DNA from: Squalus acanthias
Lineage: Eukaryota
Direction of reading: 5' to 3'
DNA: 64,000 nt
NCBI GenBank assembly: GCA_030390025.1
Contig: JASTWF010000364.1
Location: 186,001-250,000 of the forward strand
Part shown: one piece after another, positions 26,068 through 41,000 of the stretch
How positions within the stretch are numbered: position 1 is the first letter of the stretch
Layout of the letters: every line of letters begins with the position of its first letter
The notes under the pieces: model-generated
Seen by the model: only the letters and a program-made list of their open reading frames with translations
Told to the model about the DNA's origin: nothing
Databases searched by the model: none
Made by a program: the position numbers and the translations under genes

Positions 26068-29000
26068 GACACTCTCTCCCCCAGTGCAGACACTCTCTCC
26101 CCCAGTGCAGACACTCTCTCTCCCCCAGTGCAGACACTCTCTCCCCCAGTGCAGACACTCTCTCCCCCAGTGCAGACACTCTCTCTCCCCCAGTGCAGAC
26201 ACTCTCTCCCCCAGTGCAGACACTCTCTCCCCCAGTGCAGACACTCTCTCTCCCCCAGTGCAGACACTCTCTCCCCCAGTGCAGACACTCTCTCCCCCAG
26301 TGCAGACACTCTCTCCCCCAGTGCAGACACTCTCTCCCCCAGTGCAGACACTCTCTCCCCCAGTGCAGACACTCTCTCCCCCAGTGCAGACACTCTCTCT
26401 CCCCCAGTGCAGACACTCTCTCCCCCAGTGCAGACACTCTCTCCCCCAGTGCAGACACTCTCTCCCCCAGTGCAGACACTCACTCTCTCCCAGTGCAGAC
26501 ACTCTCTCCCCCAGTGCAGACACTCCATCCCCCAGTGCAGACACTCTCTCTCCCCCAGTGCAGACACTCTCTCCCCCAGTGCAGACACTCTCTCCCCCAG
26601 TGCAGACACTCTCTCCCCAGTGCAGACACTCTCTCTCCCCCAGTGCAGACAATCTCTCTCTCCCAGTGCAGACACTCTCTCTCTCCCACTGCAGACACTC
26701 AATCCCTCAGTGCAGACTCTCTCCCCCAGTGCAGACACTCTCTCACCCAGTGCAGACACTCTCTCCCCCAGTGCAGACAATCTCTCCCCCAGTGCAGACA
26801 CTCTCTCTCCCAGCGCAGACACTCTCTCCCCCAGTGCAGACACTCTCTCTCCCAGTGCAGACACTCTCTCCCCCAGTGCAGACACTCTCTCCCCCAGTGC
26901 AGACACTCTCTCTCCCAGTGCAGACACTCTCTCCCCCAGTGCAGACACTCTCTCTCTCCCAGTGCAGACACTCTCTCCCCCAATGCAGACAATCTCTCCC
27001 CCAGTGCAAACACTCTCTCTCCCCCAGTGCAGACACTCTCTCCCCCCAGTGCAGACACTCTCTCCCAGTGCAGACACTCTCTCCCAGTGCAGACACTCTC
27101 TCCCCCAGTGCAGACACTCTCTCCCCCAGTGCAGACACTCTCTCCCCAGTGCAGACACTCTCTTCCCCCAGTGCAGACACTCTCTCCCCCAGTGCAGACA
27201 CTCTCTCCCCAGTGCAGACACTCTCTCCCCCAGTGCAGACACTCTCTCCCCCAGTGCAGACACTCTCGCCCCCAGTGCAGACACTCTCTCCCAGTGCAGA
27301 CACTCTCTCTCCCAGTGCAGACACTCTCTCCCCAGTGCAGACACTCTCTCCCCCAGTGCAGACACTCTCTCCCACAGTGCAGACACTCTCTCCCCCAGTG
27401 CAGACACTCTCTCCCCCAGTGCAGACACTCTCTCCCCAGTGCAGACACTCTCTCCCCCAGTGCAGACACTGACTCTCTCCCAGTGCAGACACTCTCTCCC
27501 CCAGTGCAGACACTCTCTCCCCCAGTGCAGACACTCTCTCTCCCCCAGTGCAGACACTCTCTCCCCCAGTGCAGACAATCTCTCCCCCAGTGCAGACACT
27601 CTCTCCCCCAGTGCAGACACTCTCTCTCCCCCAGTGCAGACAATCTCTCTCTCCCAGTGCAGACACTCTCTCTCTCCCACTGCAGACACTCAATCCCCCA
27701 GTGCAGACTCTCTCCCCCAGTGCAGACACTCTCTCGCCCAGTGCAGACACTCTCTCCCCCAGTGCAGACACTCTCTCCCCCAGTGCAGACACTCTCTCTC
27801 CCAGCGCAGACACTCTCTCCCCCAGTGCAGACACTCTCTCTCCCAGTGCAGACACTCTCTCCCCCAGTGCAGACACTCTCTCCCCCAGTGCAGACACTCT
27901 CTCTCCCAGTGCAGACACTCTCTCCCCCAGTGCAGACACTCTCTCTCTCCCAGTGTAGACACTCTCTCCCCCAATGCAGACAATCTCTCCCCCAGTGCAA
28001 ACACTCTCTCTCCCCCAGTGCAGACACTCTCTCCCCCCAGTGCAGACACTCTCTCCCAGTGCAGACACTCTCTCCCAGTGCAGACACTCTCTCCCCCAGT
28101 GCAGACACTCTCTCCCCCAGTGCAGACACTCTCTCCCCCAGTGCAGACACTCTCTCCCCCAGTGCAGACACTCTCTCCCCCAGTGCAGACACTCTCTCCC
28201 CAGTGCAGACACTCTCTCCCCCAGTGCAGACACTCTCTCCCCCAGTGCAGACACTCTCTCCCCCAGTGCAGACACTCTCTCCCAGTGCAGACACTCTCTC
28301 TCCCAGTGCAGACACTCTCTCCCCCAGTGCAGACACTCTCTCCCCCAGTGCAGACACTCTCTCCCCCAGTGCAGACACTCTCTCCCCAGTGCAGACACTC
28401 TCTCCCCCAGTGCAGACACTCTCTCCCCCAGTGCAGACACTCTCTCCCCCAGTGCAGACACTCTCTCCCCAGTGCAGACACTCTCTCCCCCAGTGCAGAC
28501 ACTCTCTCCCCCAGTGCAGACACTCTCTCTCCCCCAGTGCAGACACTCTCTCCCCCAGTGCAGACAATCTCTCCCCAGTGCAGACACTCTCTCCCCCAGT
28601 GCAGACACTCTCTCCCCCAGTGCAGACAATCTCTCTCTCCCAGTGCAGACACTCTCTCTCTCCCACTGCAGACACTCAATCCCCCAGTGCAGACTCTCTC
28701 CCCCAGTGCAGACACTCTCTCGCCCAGTGCAGACACTCTCTCTCCCCCAGTGCAGACACTCTCTCCCCCAGTGCAGACACTCTCTCTCCCAGCGCAGACA
28801 CTCTCTCCCCCAGTGCAGACACTCTCTCTCCCAGTGCAGACACTCTCTCCCCCAGTGCAGACACTCTCTCCCCCAGTGCAGACACTCTCTCTCCCAGTGC
28901 AGACACTCTCTCCCCCAGTGCAGACACTCTCTCTCTCCCAGTGTAGACACTCTCTCCCCCAATGCAGACAATCTCTCCCCCAGTGCAAACACTCTCTCTC

Positions 29001-32000
29001 CCCAGTGCAGACACTCTCTCCCCCCAGTGCAGACACTCTCTCCCAGTGCAGACACTCTCTCCCAGTGCAGACACTCTCTCCCCCAGTGCAGACACTCTCT
29101 CCCCCAGTGCAGACACTCTCTCCCCCAGTGCAGACACTCTCTCCCCCAGTGCAGACACCTCTCTCCCCCAGTGCAGACACTCTCTCCCCAGTGCAGACAC
29201 TCTCTCCCCCAGTGCAGACACTCTCTCCCCCAGTGCAGACACTCTCTCCCCCAGTGCAGACACTCTCTCCCAGTGCAGACACTCTCTCTCCCAGTGCAGA
29301 CACTCTCTCCCCCAGTGCAGACACTCTCTCCCCCAGTGCAGACACTCTCTCCCCCAGTGCAGACACTCTCTCCCCAGTGCAGACACTCTCTCCCCCAGTG
29401 CAGACACTCTCTCCCCCAGTGCAGACACTCTCTCCCCCAGTGCAGACACTCTCTCCCCAGTGCAGACACTCTCTCCCCCAGTGCAGACACTCTCTCCCCA
29501 GTGCAGACACTCTCTCTCCCAGTGCAGACACTCTCTCTCCCAGTGCAGACACTCTCTCCCCCAGTGCAGACACTCTCTCCCCCAGTGCAGACACTCTCTC
29601 TCCCAGTGCAGACACTCTCTCCCAGTGCAGACACTCTCTCTCCCCAGTGCAGACACTCTCTCTCCCAGTGCAGACACTCTCTCTCCCAGTGCAGACACTC
29701 TCTCCCCCAGTGCAGACACTCTCTCCCCCCCATTGCAGACACTCTCTCACCCCCAGTGCAGACACTCTCTCTCCCAGTGCAGACACTCTCTCCCCCAGTG
29801 CAGACACTCTCTCCCAGTGCAGACACTCTCTCGCCCCCAGTGCAGACACTCTCTCTCCCCAGTGCAGACACTCTCTCCCCCAGTGCAGACACTCTCTCTC
29901 TCCCAGTGCAGACATTCTCTCCCCCAGTGCAGACACTCTCTCTCCCCCAGTGCAGACAGTCTCTCTCTCCCAGTGCAGACACTCTCTCCCCCAGTGCAGA
30001 CACTCTCTCTCCCCCAGTGCAGACACTCTCTCTCTCCCAGTGCAGACACTCTCTCCCCCAGTGCAGACACTCTCTCTCCCAGTGCAGACACTCTCTCCCC
30101 CAGTGCAGACACTCACTCTCTCCCAGTGCAGACACTCTCTCCCCCAGTGCAGACACTCTCTCCCCCAGTGCAGACACTCTCTCTCTCCCAGTGCAGACAC
30201 TCTCTCCCCCAGTGCAGACACTCTCTCTCCCCCAGTGCAGACACTCTCTCCCCCAGTGCAGACACTCGCTCCCCCAGTGCAGACACTCTCTCCCCAGTGC
30301 AGACACTCTCTCTCCCAGTGCAGACACTCTCTCTCCCAGTGCAGACTCTCTCCCCCAGTGCAGACACTCTCTCCCCCAGTGCAGACACTCTCTCCCCAGT
30401 GCAGACACTCTCTCTCCCAGTGCAGACAATCTCTCTCCCAGTGCAGACTCTCTCCCCCAGTGCAGACACTCTCTCCCCCAGTGCAGACACTCTCTCCCCC
30501 AGTGCAGACACTCTCTCTCTCCCAGTGCAGACACTCTCTCCCCCAATGCAGACAATCTCTCCCCCAGTGCAAACACTCTCTCTCCCCCAGTGCAGACACT
30601 CGCTCCCCCAGTGCAGACACTCGCTCCCCAGTGCAGACACTCTCTCCCCCAGTGCAGACACTCTCTCCCCCAGTGCAGACACTCTCTCCCCCAGTGCAGA
30701 CACTCTCTCCCCCAGTGCAGACACTCTCTCCCAGTGCAGACACTCTCTCCCCAGTGCAGACACTCTCTTCCCCCAGTGCAGACACTCTCTCCCCAGTGCA
30801 GACACTCTCTCCCAGTGCAGACACTCTCTCCCCCAGTGCAGAACACTCTCTCCCCAGTGCAGACACTCTCGCCCCCAGTGCAGACACTCTCTCCCAGTGC
30901 AGACACTCTCTCCCCCAGTGCAGACACTCTCTCCCCAGTGCAGACACTCTCTCTCCCCAGTGCAGACACTCTCTCTCCCCAGTGCAGACACTCTCTCTCC
31001 CCAGTGCAGACACTCTCTCCCCATGCATACTCCTCTCTCCCCCAGTGCAGACACTCTCTTCCCCAGTGCAGACACTCTCTCCCCCAGTGCAGACACTCTC
31101 TCACCCAGTGCAGACACTCTCTCCCCCAGTGCAGACACTCTCTCTCCCCAGTGCAGACACTCTCTCTCCCCAGTGCAGACACTCTCTCCCCCAGTGCAGA
31201 CACCTCTCTCAGTGCAGACACTCTCTCCCCAGTGCAGACACTCTCTCCCCCAGTGCAGACACTCTCTCCCCCAGTGCAGACACTCTCTCCCAGTGCAGAC
31301 ACTCTCTTCAGTCACCTCTCCCCAGTGCAGACACTCTCTCTCCCAGTGCAGACACTCTCTTCCCCAGTGCAGACACTCTCTCTCCCCAGTGCAGACAGTC
31401 TCTCCCCCAGTGCAGACACTCTGTCCCCAGTGCAGACACTCTCTCTCCCAGCGCAGACACTCTCTCCCCAGTGCAGACACTCTCTCTCCCAGTGCAGACA
31501 CTCTCTCCCCCAGTGCAGACACTCTCTCTCCCCCAGTGCAGACAATCTCTCTCTCCCAGTGCAGACACTCTCTCCCCCAGTGCAGACACTCTCTCTCCCA
31601 GTGCAGACACTCTCTCCCCCAGTGCAGACACTCACTCTCTCCCAGTACAGACACTCTCTCCCCCAGTGCAGACACTCTCTCCCCCAGTGCAGACACTCTC
31701 TCTCTCCCAGTGCAGACACTCTCTCCCCCAGTGCAGACACTCTCTCTCCCCCAGTGCAGACACTCTCTCCCCCAGTGCAGACACTTCTCCCCCAGTGCAG
31801 ACACTCTCTCCCAGTGCAGACACTCTCTCTCCCAGTGCAGACACTCTCTCTCCCAGTGCAGACTCTCTCCCCCAGTGCAGACACTCTCTCCCCCAGTGCA
31901 GACACTCTCTCTCCCCAGTGCAGACACCTCTCTCCCCCAGTGCAGACACCTCTCTCTCCCCAGTCAGACACTCTCTCTGCCCAGTGCAGACACTCTCACT

Positions 32001-35000
32001 CCCAGTGCAGACACACCCCCAGGCAGACATCTCTCCCAGTGCAGACACTCTCTCCCCCAGTGCAGACACTCTCCTCCCAGTGCAGACACTCTCTCCCAGT
32101 GCAGACACTGTCTCCCCCAGTGCAGACCACTCTCTCTCCCCCAGTGCATACCTCTCTCTCCCAGTGCAGACACTCCTCTCTCCCCAGTGCAGACACTCTC
32201 ATCCCACCAGTGCCAGACACTCTCTCCCCCAGTGCAGACACTCTCTCTCTCCCAGCTGCAGACACTCTCTCCTCTCCAGTGCAGACATCTCTCCCCCAGT
32301 GCAGACCTCTCTCCCCCAGTGCAGACACTCTCTCCCCCAGTGCAGACACTCACTCTCCCCAGTGCACGACACACTCTCCCCCAGTGCAGACACTCTCCCC
32401 CAGTCGCAGACACTCTCTCTCCCAGTGCAGACACTCTCTCCCCAGTGCAGACACTCTCTCCCCCAGTGCAGACACTCTCTCTCCCCAGTGCAGACACTCT
32501 CTCCCCCAGTGCAGACACTCTCTCCCCCAGTGCAGACACTCTCTCCCAGTGCAGACACTCTCTCCCCAGTGCAGACACTCTCTCCCCAGTGCAGACACTC
32601 TCTCCCCAGTGCAGACACTCTCTCCCCCAGTGCAGACACTCTCTCCCCAGTGCAGACACTCTCTCCCCCAGTGCAGACACTCTCTCCCCCAGTGCAGACA
32701 CTCTCTCCCCCAGTGCAGACACTCTCTCCCAGTGCAGACACTCTCTCCCCCAGTGCAGACACTCTCTCCCCCAGTGCAGACACTCTCTCCCCCAGTGCAG
32801 ACACTCTCTCCCCCAGTGCAGACACTCTCTCCCCCCAGTGCAGACACTCTCTCCCCCAGTGCAGACACTCTCTCCCCCAGTGCAGACACTCTCTCACCCC
32901 AGTGCAGACACTCTCTCTCCCAGTGCAGACACTCTCTCCCCAGTGCAGACACTCTCTCCCCCAGTGCAGACACTCTCTCCCCAGTGCTGACACTCTCTCT
33001 CCCCAGTGCAGACATCTCTCTCTCCCCAGTGCAGACACTCTCTCCCCCAGCTGCAGACACTCTCTCCCCAGTGCAGACACTCCTCTCCCCCAGTGCAGAA
33101 ACTCTCTCCCAGTGCAGACACTCTCTCCCCCAGTGCAGACACTCTCTCCCCAGTGCAGACACTCTCTCTCCCAGTGCAGACACTCTCTCCCCCAGTGCAG
33201 ACACTCTCTCCCCCAGTGCAGACACTCTCTCCCGTGCAGACACTCTCTCCCAGTGCAGACACTCTCTCCCCCAGTGCAGACACTCTCTCCCCCAGTGCAG
33301 ACACTCTCTCCCCCAGTGCAGACACTCTCTCCCCAGTGCAGACACTCTCTCCCCCAGTGCAGACACTCTCTCTCGCCAGTGCAGACACTCTCTCCCAGTG
33401 CAGACACTCTCTCCCCAGTGCAGAACTCTCTCCCCCAGTGCAGACACTCTCTCCCAGTGCAGACACTCTCTCCCCAGTGCAGACACTCTCTCCCCCAGTG
33501 CAGACACTCTCTCCCCCAGTGCAGACACTCTCCCCCAGTGCAGACACTCTCTCCCCCAGTGCAGACACTCTCTCCCACTGCAGACACTCTCTCCCCCAGT
33601 GCAGACACTCTCTCTCCCCCAGTGCAGACACTCTCTCCCCCAGTGCAGACACACTCTCCCCCAGTGCTGACACTCTCTCCCCCAGTGCAGACACTCTCTC
33701 CCCAGTGCAGACACTCTCTCTCCCAGTGCAGACACTCTCTCCCCCAGTGCAGACACTCTCTCTCCCCCAGTGCAGACACTCTCTCTCCCCCAGTGCAGAC
33801 ACTCTCTCTCCCCAGTGCAGACACTCGCTCCCCCAGTGCAGACACTCTCACCCCAGTGCAGACACTCTCTCTCCCAGTGCAGACACTCTCTCTCCCAGTG
33901 CAGACCTCTCTCCCCCAGTGCAGACACTCTCTCCCCCAGTGCAGACACTCTCTCTCCCAGTGCAGACTCTCTCCCCCAGTGCAGAAACTCTCTCCCAGTG
34001 CAGACACTCTCTCCCCAGTGCAGACTCTCTCTCCCCCAGTGCAGACACTCTCTCTCCAGTGCAGACACTCTCTCCCCAGTGCAGACACTCTCTCCCCCAG
34101 TGCAGACTCTCTCTCCCCCAGTGCAGACACTCTCTCCCCAGTGCAGACACTCTCTCCCCCAGTGCAGACACTCTCTCCCCCCAGTGCAGACACTCTCTCT
34201 CCCCAGTGCAGACACTCTCTCCCCCAGTGCAGACACTCTCTCGCCCAGTGAAGACACTCTCTCTACCCCAGTGCAGACACTCTCTCCCCCAGTGCAGACA
34301 CTCTCCCCAATGCAGACACTCTCCCCCAGTGCAGACACTCTCTCCCCCAGTGTAGACACTCTCTCCCACTGCAGACACTCTCTCCGCCAGTGCAGACACT
34401 CTCTCTTCCCCAGTGCAGACACTCTCTCCCCCAGTGCAGACACTGTCTCCCCCAGTGCAGACACTCTCTCCCCCAGTGCAGACACTCTCTCCCCAGTGCA
34501 GACACTCTCTCCCCCAGTGCAGACACTCTCTCCCCCAGTGCAGACACTCTCTCGCCCCAGTGCAGACACTCTCTCTCCCCCAGTGCTGACACTCTCTCCC
34601 CCAGTGCAGACACTCTCTCCCTCAGTGGCATGACACTCTATCTCTCCCAGTGCAGACACTCTCTCTCCCAGTGGAGACACTCTCCCCCCCCAGTGCAGAC
34701 ACGCTCTCCCCAGTACAGACACTCTCTCCCCCAGTGCAGACAATCTCTCTCCCCAGTGCAGATCACCTCTCTCTTCCCAGTGCAGACACTCTCTCTCCCA
34801 GTGCAGACACACTTTCCCCCAGTGCAGACACTCTCTCCCCAGTGCAAACACTCTCTCCCCAGTGCAGACACTCTCTCCCCCAGTGCAGACACTCTCTCCC
34901 CCAGTGCAGGACACTCTCTCTCCCCCAGTGCAGACACTCTCTCCCCAGTGCAGACACTCTCTCCCCCAGTGCAGACACTCACTCTCTCCCAGTGCAGACA

Positions 35001-38000
35001 CTCTCTCCCCCAGTGCAGACACTCTCTCCCCCAGTGCAGATACTCTCTCTCCCCCAGTGCAGACACTCTCTCCCCCAGTGCAGACACTCTCTCCCCAGTG
35101 CAGACACTCTCTCACCCAGTGCAGACACTCTCTCCCCCAGTGCAGACACTCTCTCCCCCAGTGCAGACACTCTCTCCCCAGTGCAGACACTCTCTCCCCA
35201 GTGCAGACACTCTCTCTCCCAGTGCAGACACTCTCTCTCCCAGTGCAGACACTCTCTCCCCCAGTGCAGACACTCTCTCCCCCAGTGCAGACACTCTCTC
35301 TCCCAGTGCAGACACTCTCTCCCAGTGCAGACACTCTCTCTCCCCAGTGCAGACACTCTCTCTCCCAGTGCAGACACTCTCTCTCCCAGTGCAGACACTC
35401 TCTCCCCCAGTGCAGACACTCTCTCCCCCCATTGCAGACACTCTCTCACCCCCAGTGCAGACACTCTCTCGCCAGTGCAGACACTCTCTCCCCCAGTGCA
35501 GACACTCTCTCCCAGTGCAGACACTCTCTCTCCCAGTGCAGACACTCTCTCCCCCAGTGCATACACTCTCTCCCCCAGTGCAGACACTCTCTCTCCCCCA
35601 GTGCAGACACTCTCTCCCCCCAGTGCAGACACTCTCTCCCCCAGTGCAGACACTCTCTCCCAGTGCAGACACTCTCTCCCCAGTGCAGACACCTCCTCTC
35701 CCCAGTGCAGACATCTCATCCCCCAGTGCAGACACTCTCTCTCCCCAGTGCAGACACTCTCTCCCCAGTGCAGACACTCTCTCCCCAGTGCAGACAACTC
35801 TCTCCCCAGTGCAGACACTCTCTCCCCCAGTGCAGACACTCTCTCCCCCAGTGCAGACACTCTCCTCTCCCAGTGCAGACACTCTCTCCCCCAGTGCAGA
35901 CACTCTCTCCCCCAGTGCAGACACTCTCTCCCCCAGTGCAGACACTCGCTCCCCCAGTGCAGACACTCTCTCCCCAGTGCAGACTCTCTCTCCCAGTGCA
36001 GACACTCTCTCTCCCAGTGCAGATTCTCTCCCCCAGTGCAGACACTCTCTCCCCAGTGCAGAAACTCTCTCTCCCAGTGCAGACTCTCTCCCCCAGTGCA
36101 GACACTCTCTCCCAGTGCAGACACTCTCTCCCCCAGTGCAGACACTCTCCCCCAGTGCAGACACTCTCTCCCCCAGTGCAGACACTCTCTCCCACTGCAG
36201 ACACTCTCTCCCCCAGTGCAGACACTCTCTCTCTCCCCAGTGCAGACACTCTCTCCCCCAGTGCAGACACACTCTCCCCCAGTGCTGACACTCTCTCCCC
36301 CAGTGCAGACACTCTCTCTCCCCAGTGCAGACACTCTCTCTCCCAGTGCAGACACTCTCTCCCCCAGTGCAGACACTCTCTCTCCCCCAGTGCAGACACT
36401 CTCTCTCCCCCAGTGCATACACTCTCTCCCCCAGTGCAGACACTCGCTCCCCCAGTGCAGACACTCTCTCCCCAGTGCAGACACTCTCTCTCCCAGTGCA
36501 GACACTCTCTCTCCCAGTGCAGACTCTCTCCCCCAGTGCAGACACTCTCTCCCCCAGTGCAGACACTCTCTCTCCCAGTGCAGACTCTCTCCCCAGTGCA
36601 GAAACTCTCTCCCAGTGCAGACACTCTCTCCCCCAGTGCAGACTCTCTCTCCCCCAGTGCAGACACTCTCTCTCCCAGTGCAGACACTCTCTCCCCAGTG
36701 CAGACACTCTCTCCCCCAGTGCAGACTCTCTCTCCCCCAGTGCAGACACTCTCTCCCCCAGTGCAGACACTCTCTCCCCCAGTGCAGACACTCTCTCCCC
36801 CAGTGCAGACACTCTCTCTCCCCCAGTGCAGACACTCTCTCCCCCAGTGCAGACACCTCTCTCGCCCAGTGAAGACACTCTCTCTACCCCCAGTGCAGAC
36901 ACTCTCTCCCCCAGTGCAGACACTCTCCCCAATGCAGACACTCTCCCCCAGTGCAGACACTCTCTCCCCCAGTGCAGACACTCTCTCCCCCAGTGCAGAC
37001 ACTCTCTCCCCCAGTGCAGACACTCTCTCCCCCAGTGCAGACACTCTCTCCCCCAGTGCAGACACTGTCTCCCCCAGTGCAGACACTCTCTCCCCCAGTG
37101 CAGACACTCTCTCCCCCAGTGCAGACACTCTCTCCCCAGTGCAGGACACTCTCTCCCCCAGTGCAGACACTCTCTCGCCCCCAGTGCAGACACTCCTCTC
37201 CCCCCAGTGCAGACACTCTCTCCCCAGTGCAGCACTCTCTCCCCAGTGCAGACACTCTCTCTCCCCAGTGCAGACACTCTCTCTCCCAGTGCAGACACTC
37301 TCTCCCCCAGTGCAGACACTCTCTCCCCCAGTGCAGACACTCTCTCCCCCAGTGCAGACACTCTCTCCCCAGTGCAGACACCTCTCTCCCCAGTGCAGAC
37401 ACTCTCTCCCCAGTGCAGACACTCTCTCCCCCAGTGCAGACACTCTCTCCCCAGTGCAGACACTCTCTCTCCCCAGTGCAGACATTCTCTCTCTCCAAGT
37501 GCAGACACTCTCTCCCAGTGCAGACACTCTCTGCCCCAGTGCAGACACTCTCTCTCCCAGTGCAGACACTCTCTCCCCCAGTGCAGACACTCTCACCCCC
37601 AGTGCAGACACTCTCTCCCAGTGCAGACACTCTCTCCCCAGTGCAGACACTCTCTCCCCAGTGCAGACACTCACTCTCTCCCAGTGCAGACACTCTCTCC
37701 CCCAGTGCAGACACTCTCTCCCCAGTGTAGACACTCTCTCCCCAGTGCAGACACTCTCTCCCCCAGTGCAGACACTCTCTCTCCCAGTGCAGACACTCTC
37801 TCTCCCAGTGCAGACTCTCTCCCCCAGTGCAGACACTCTCTCTCTCCCAGTGCAGACACTCTCCTCCCAGTGCAGACACTCTCTCTCCCAGTGCAGACAC
37901 TCTCTCCCCACTGCAGACACTCTCTCCCCCAGTGCAGACACTCTCTCTCTCCCCAGTGCAGACACTCTCTCCCCCAGTGCAGACACTCTCTCCCCAGTGC

Positions 38001-41000
38001 AGACACTCTCTCCCCCAGTGCAGACACTCTCTCCCCAGTGCAGACACTCTCTCCCAGTGCAGACACTCTCTCCCCCAGTGCAGACACTCTCTCTCACCAG
38101 TGCAGACACTCTCTCCCCCAGTGCAGGCACTCGCTCCCCCAGTGCAGACACTCTCTCCCCAGTTCAGACACTCTCTCTGCCAGTGCAGACACTCTCTCTC
38201 CAGTGCAGACTCTCTCCCCCAGTGCAGACACTCTCTCCCCCAGTGCAGACACTCTCTCTCCCAGTGCAGACTCTCTCCCCAGTGCAGAAACTCTCTCCCA
38301 GTGCAGACACTGTCTCCCCCAGTGCAGACTTTCTCTCTCCCCCAGTGCAGACACTCTCTCTCCCAGTGCAGACACTCTCTCTCCCCACTGCAGACACTCT
38401 CTCCCCAGTGCAGACTCTCTCTCCCCCAGTGCAGACACTCTCTCTCCCAGTGCAGACACTCTCTCTCCCAGTGCAGACTCTCTCCCCCAGTGCAGACTCT
38501 CTCCCCCAGTGCAGACACTCTCTCTCCAGTGAAGACACTCTCTCCCCCAGTGCAGACACTCTCTCTCCCAGTGCAGACAGTCTCTCCCAGTGCAGACACT
38601 CTCTCTCCCAGTGCAGACTCTCTCCCCCAGTGCAGACACTCTCTCTCTCCCAGTGCAGACACTCTCGCCCAGTGCAGACACTCTCTCCCCCAGTGCAGAC
38701 ACTCTCCCCAGTGCAGACACTCTCTCCCAGTGCAGACACTCTCCCCAGTGCAGACACTCTCTCCCCCAGTGCAGACACTCTCCCCAGTGCAGACACTCTC
38801 TCCCCAGTGCAGACACTCTCTCCCCCAGTGCAGACACTCTCTCTCCCCCAGTGCAGACACTCTCTCCCCCAGTGCAGACACTCTCTCGCCCAGTGCAGAC
38901 ACTCTCTCTCCCCCAGTGCAGACACTCTCTCCCCCAGTGCAGACACTCTCTCCCCAGTGCAGACACTCTCTCTCCCAGTGCAGACACTCTCTCCCAGTGC
39001 GACACTCTCTCCCCCAGTGCAGACACTCTCTCCCCCAGTACAGACACTCTCTCCCCCAGTGCAGACACTCTCTCTCCCCAGTGCAGACACTCTCTCTCCC
39101 AGTGCAGACACTCTCTCCCCCAGTGCAGACACTCTCTCCCCAGTGCAGACACTCTCTCCCCCCAGTGCAGACACTCTCTCCCCAGTGCAGACACTCTCTC
39201 TCCCAGTGCAGACACTCTCTCCCCAGTGCAGACACTCTCTCCCCCAGTGCAGACACTCTCTCCCCAGTGCAGACACTCTCTCCCCAGTGCAGACACTCTC
39301 TCTCCCCAGTGCAGACACTCTCTCTCCCCCAGTGCAGACACTCTCTCCCCAGTGCAGACACTCTCTCCCCCAGTGCAGACACTCTCTCCCCCAGTGCAGA
39401 CACTCTCTCCCCCAGTGCAGACACTCTCTCCCCAGTGCAGACACTCTCTCTCCCAGTGCAGACACTCTCTCTCCAGTGCAGACACTCTCTCCTTCAGTCA
39501 CCCTCCCCAGTGCAGAGCACTCTCTCCCCCCATTGCAGACACTCTCTCACCCCCAGTGCAGACACTCTCTCTCCCAGTGCAGACACTCTCTCCCCCAGTG
39601 CAGAAACTCTCTCCCAGTGCAGACACTCTCTCGCCCCCAGTGCAGACACTCTCTCTCCCCAGTGCAGACACTCTCTCCCTCCAGTGCAGACACTCTCTCT
39701 CTCCCAGTGCAGACATTCTCTCCCCCAGAGCAGACACTCTCTCTCCCCCAGTGCAGACAGTCTCTCTCTCCCAGGTCAGACACTCTCTCCCCCAGTGCAG
39801 ACACTCTCTCTCCCCCAGTGCAGACACTCTCTCTCTCCCAGTGCAGACACTCTCTCCCCCAGTGCAGACACTCTCTCTCCCCAGTGCAGACACTCTCTCC
39901 CCCAGTGCAGACACCACTCTCTCCCAGTGCAGACACTCTCTCCCCAGTGCAGACACTCTCTCCCCCAGTGCAGACACTCTCTCTCTCCCAGTGCAGACAC
40001 TCTCTCCCCCAGTGCAGACACTCTCTCTCCCCCAGTGCAGACACTCTCTCCCCAGTGCAGACACTCGCTCCCCCAGTGCAGACACTCTCTCCCCAGTGCA
40101 GACACTCTCTCTCCCAGTGCAGACACTCTCTCTCCCAGTGCAGATTCTCTCCCCCAGTGCAGACACTCTCTCCCCCAGTGCAGAAACTCTCTCTCCCAGT
40201 GCAGACTCTCTCCCCCAGTGCAGACACTCTCTCCCAGTGCAGACACTCTCTCCCCCAGTGCAGACACTCTCCCCCAGTGCAGACACTCTCTCCCCCAGTG
40301 CAGACACTCTCTCCCACTGCAGACACTCTCTCCCCCAGTGCAGACACTCTCTCTCCCCCAGTGCAGACACTCTCTCCCCCAGTGCAGACACACTCTCTCC
40401 CCCAGTGCTGACACTCTCTCCCCCAGTGCAGACACTCTCTCCCCAGTGCAGACACTCTCTCTCCCAGTGCAGACACTCTCTCCCCCAGTGCAGACACTCT
40501 CTCTCCCCCAGTGCAGACACTCTCTCTCCCCCAGTGCAGACACTCTCTCCCCCAGTGCAGACACTCGCTCCCCCAGTGCAGACACTCTCACCCCAGTGCA
40601 GACACTCTCTCTCCCAGTGCAGACACTCTCTCTCCCAGTGCAGACTCTCTCCCCCAGTGCAGACACTCTCTCCCCCAGTGCAGACACTCTCTCTCCCAGT
40701 GCAGACTCTCTCCCCCAGTGCAGAAACTCTCTCCCAGTGCAGACACTCTCTCCCCAGTGCAGACTCTCTCTCCCCCAGTGCAGACACTCTCTCTCCCAGT
40801 GCAGACACTCTCTCCCCAGTGCAGACACTCTCTCCCCCAGTGCAGACTCTCTCTCCCCAGTGCAGACACTCTCTCCCCAGTGCAGACACTCTCTCCCCAG
40901 TGCAGACACTCTCTCCCCCAGTGCAGACACTCTCTCCCCCAGTGCAGACACTCTCTCTCCCCCAGTGCAGACACTCTCTCCCCCAGTGCAGACACTCTCT

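Noticed and set aside
25177..34251. Functional RT-repeat fusion protein, or retron/DGR/telomerase-like system
   Set aside because: The RT is an ordinary CR1 fragment with a mutated catalytic Asp, no endonuclease and no ATG at the ORF start (GTG). The repeat portion shifts randomly among three peptide phases.
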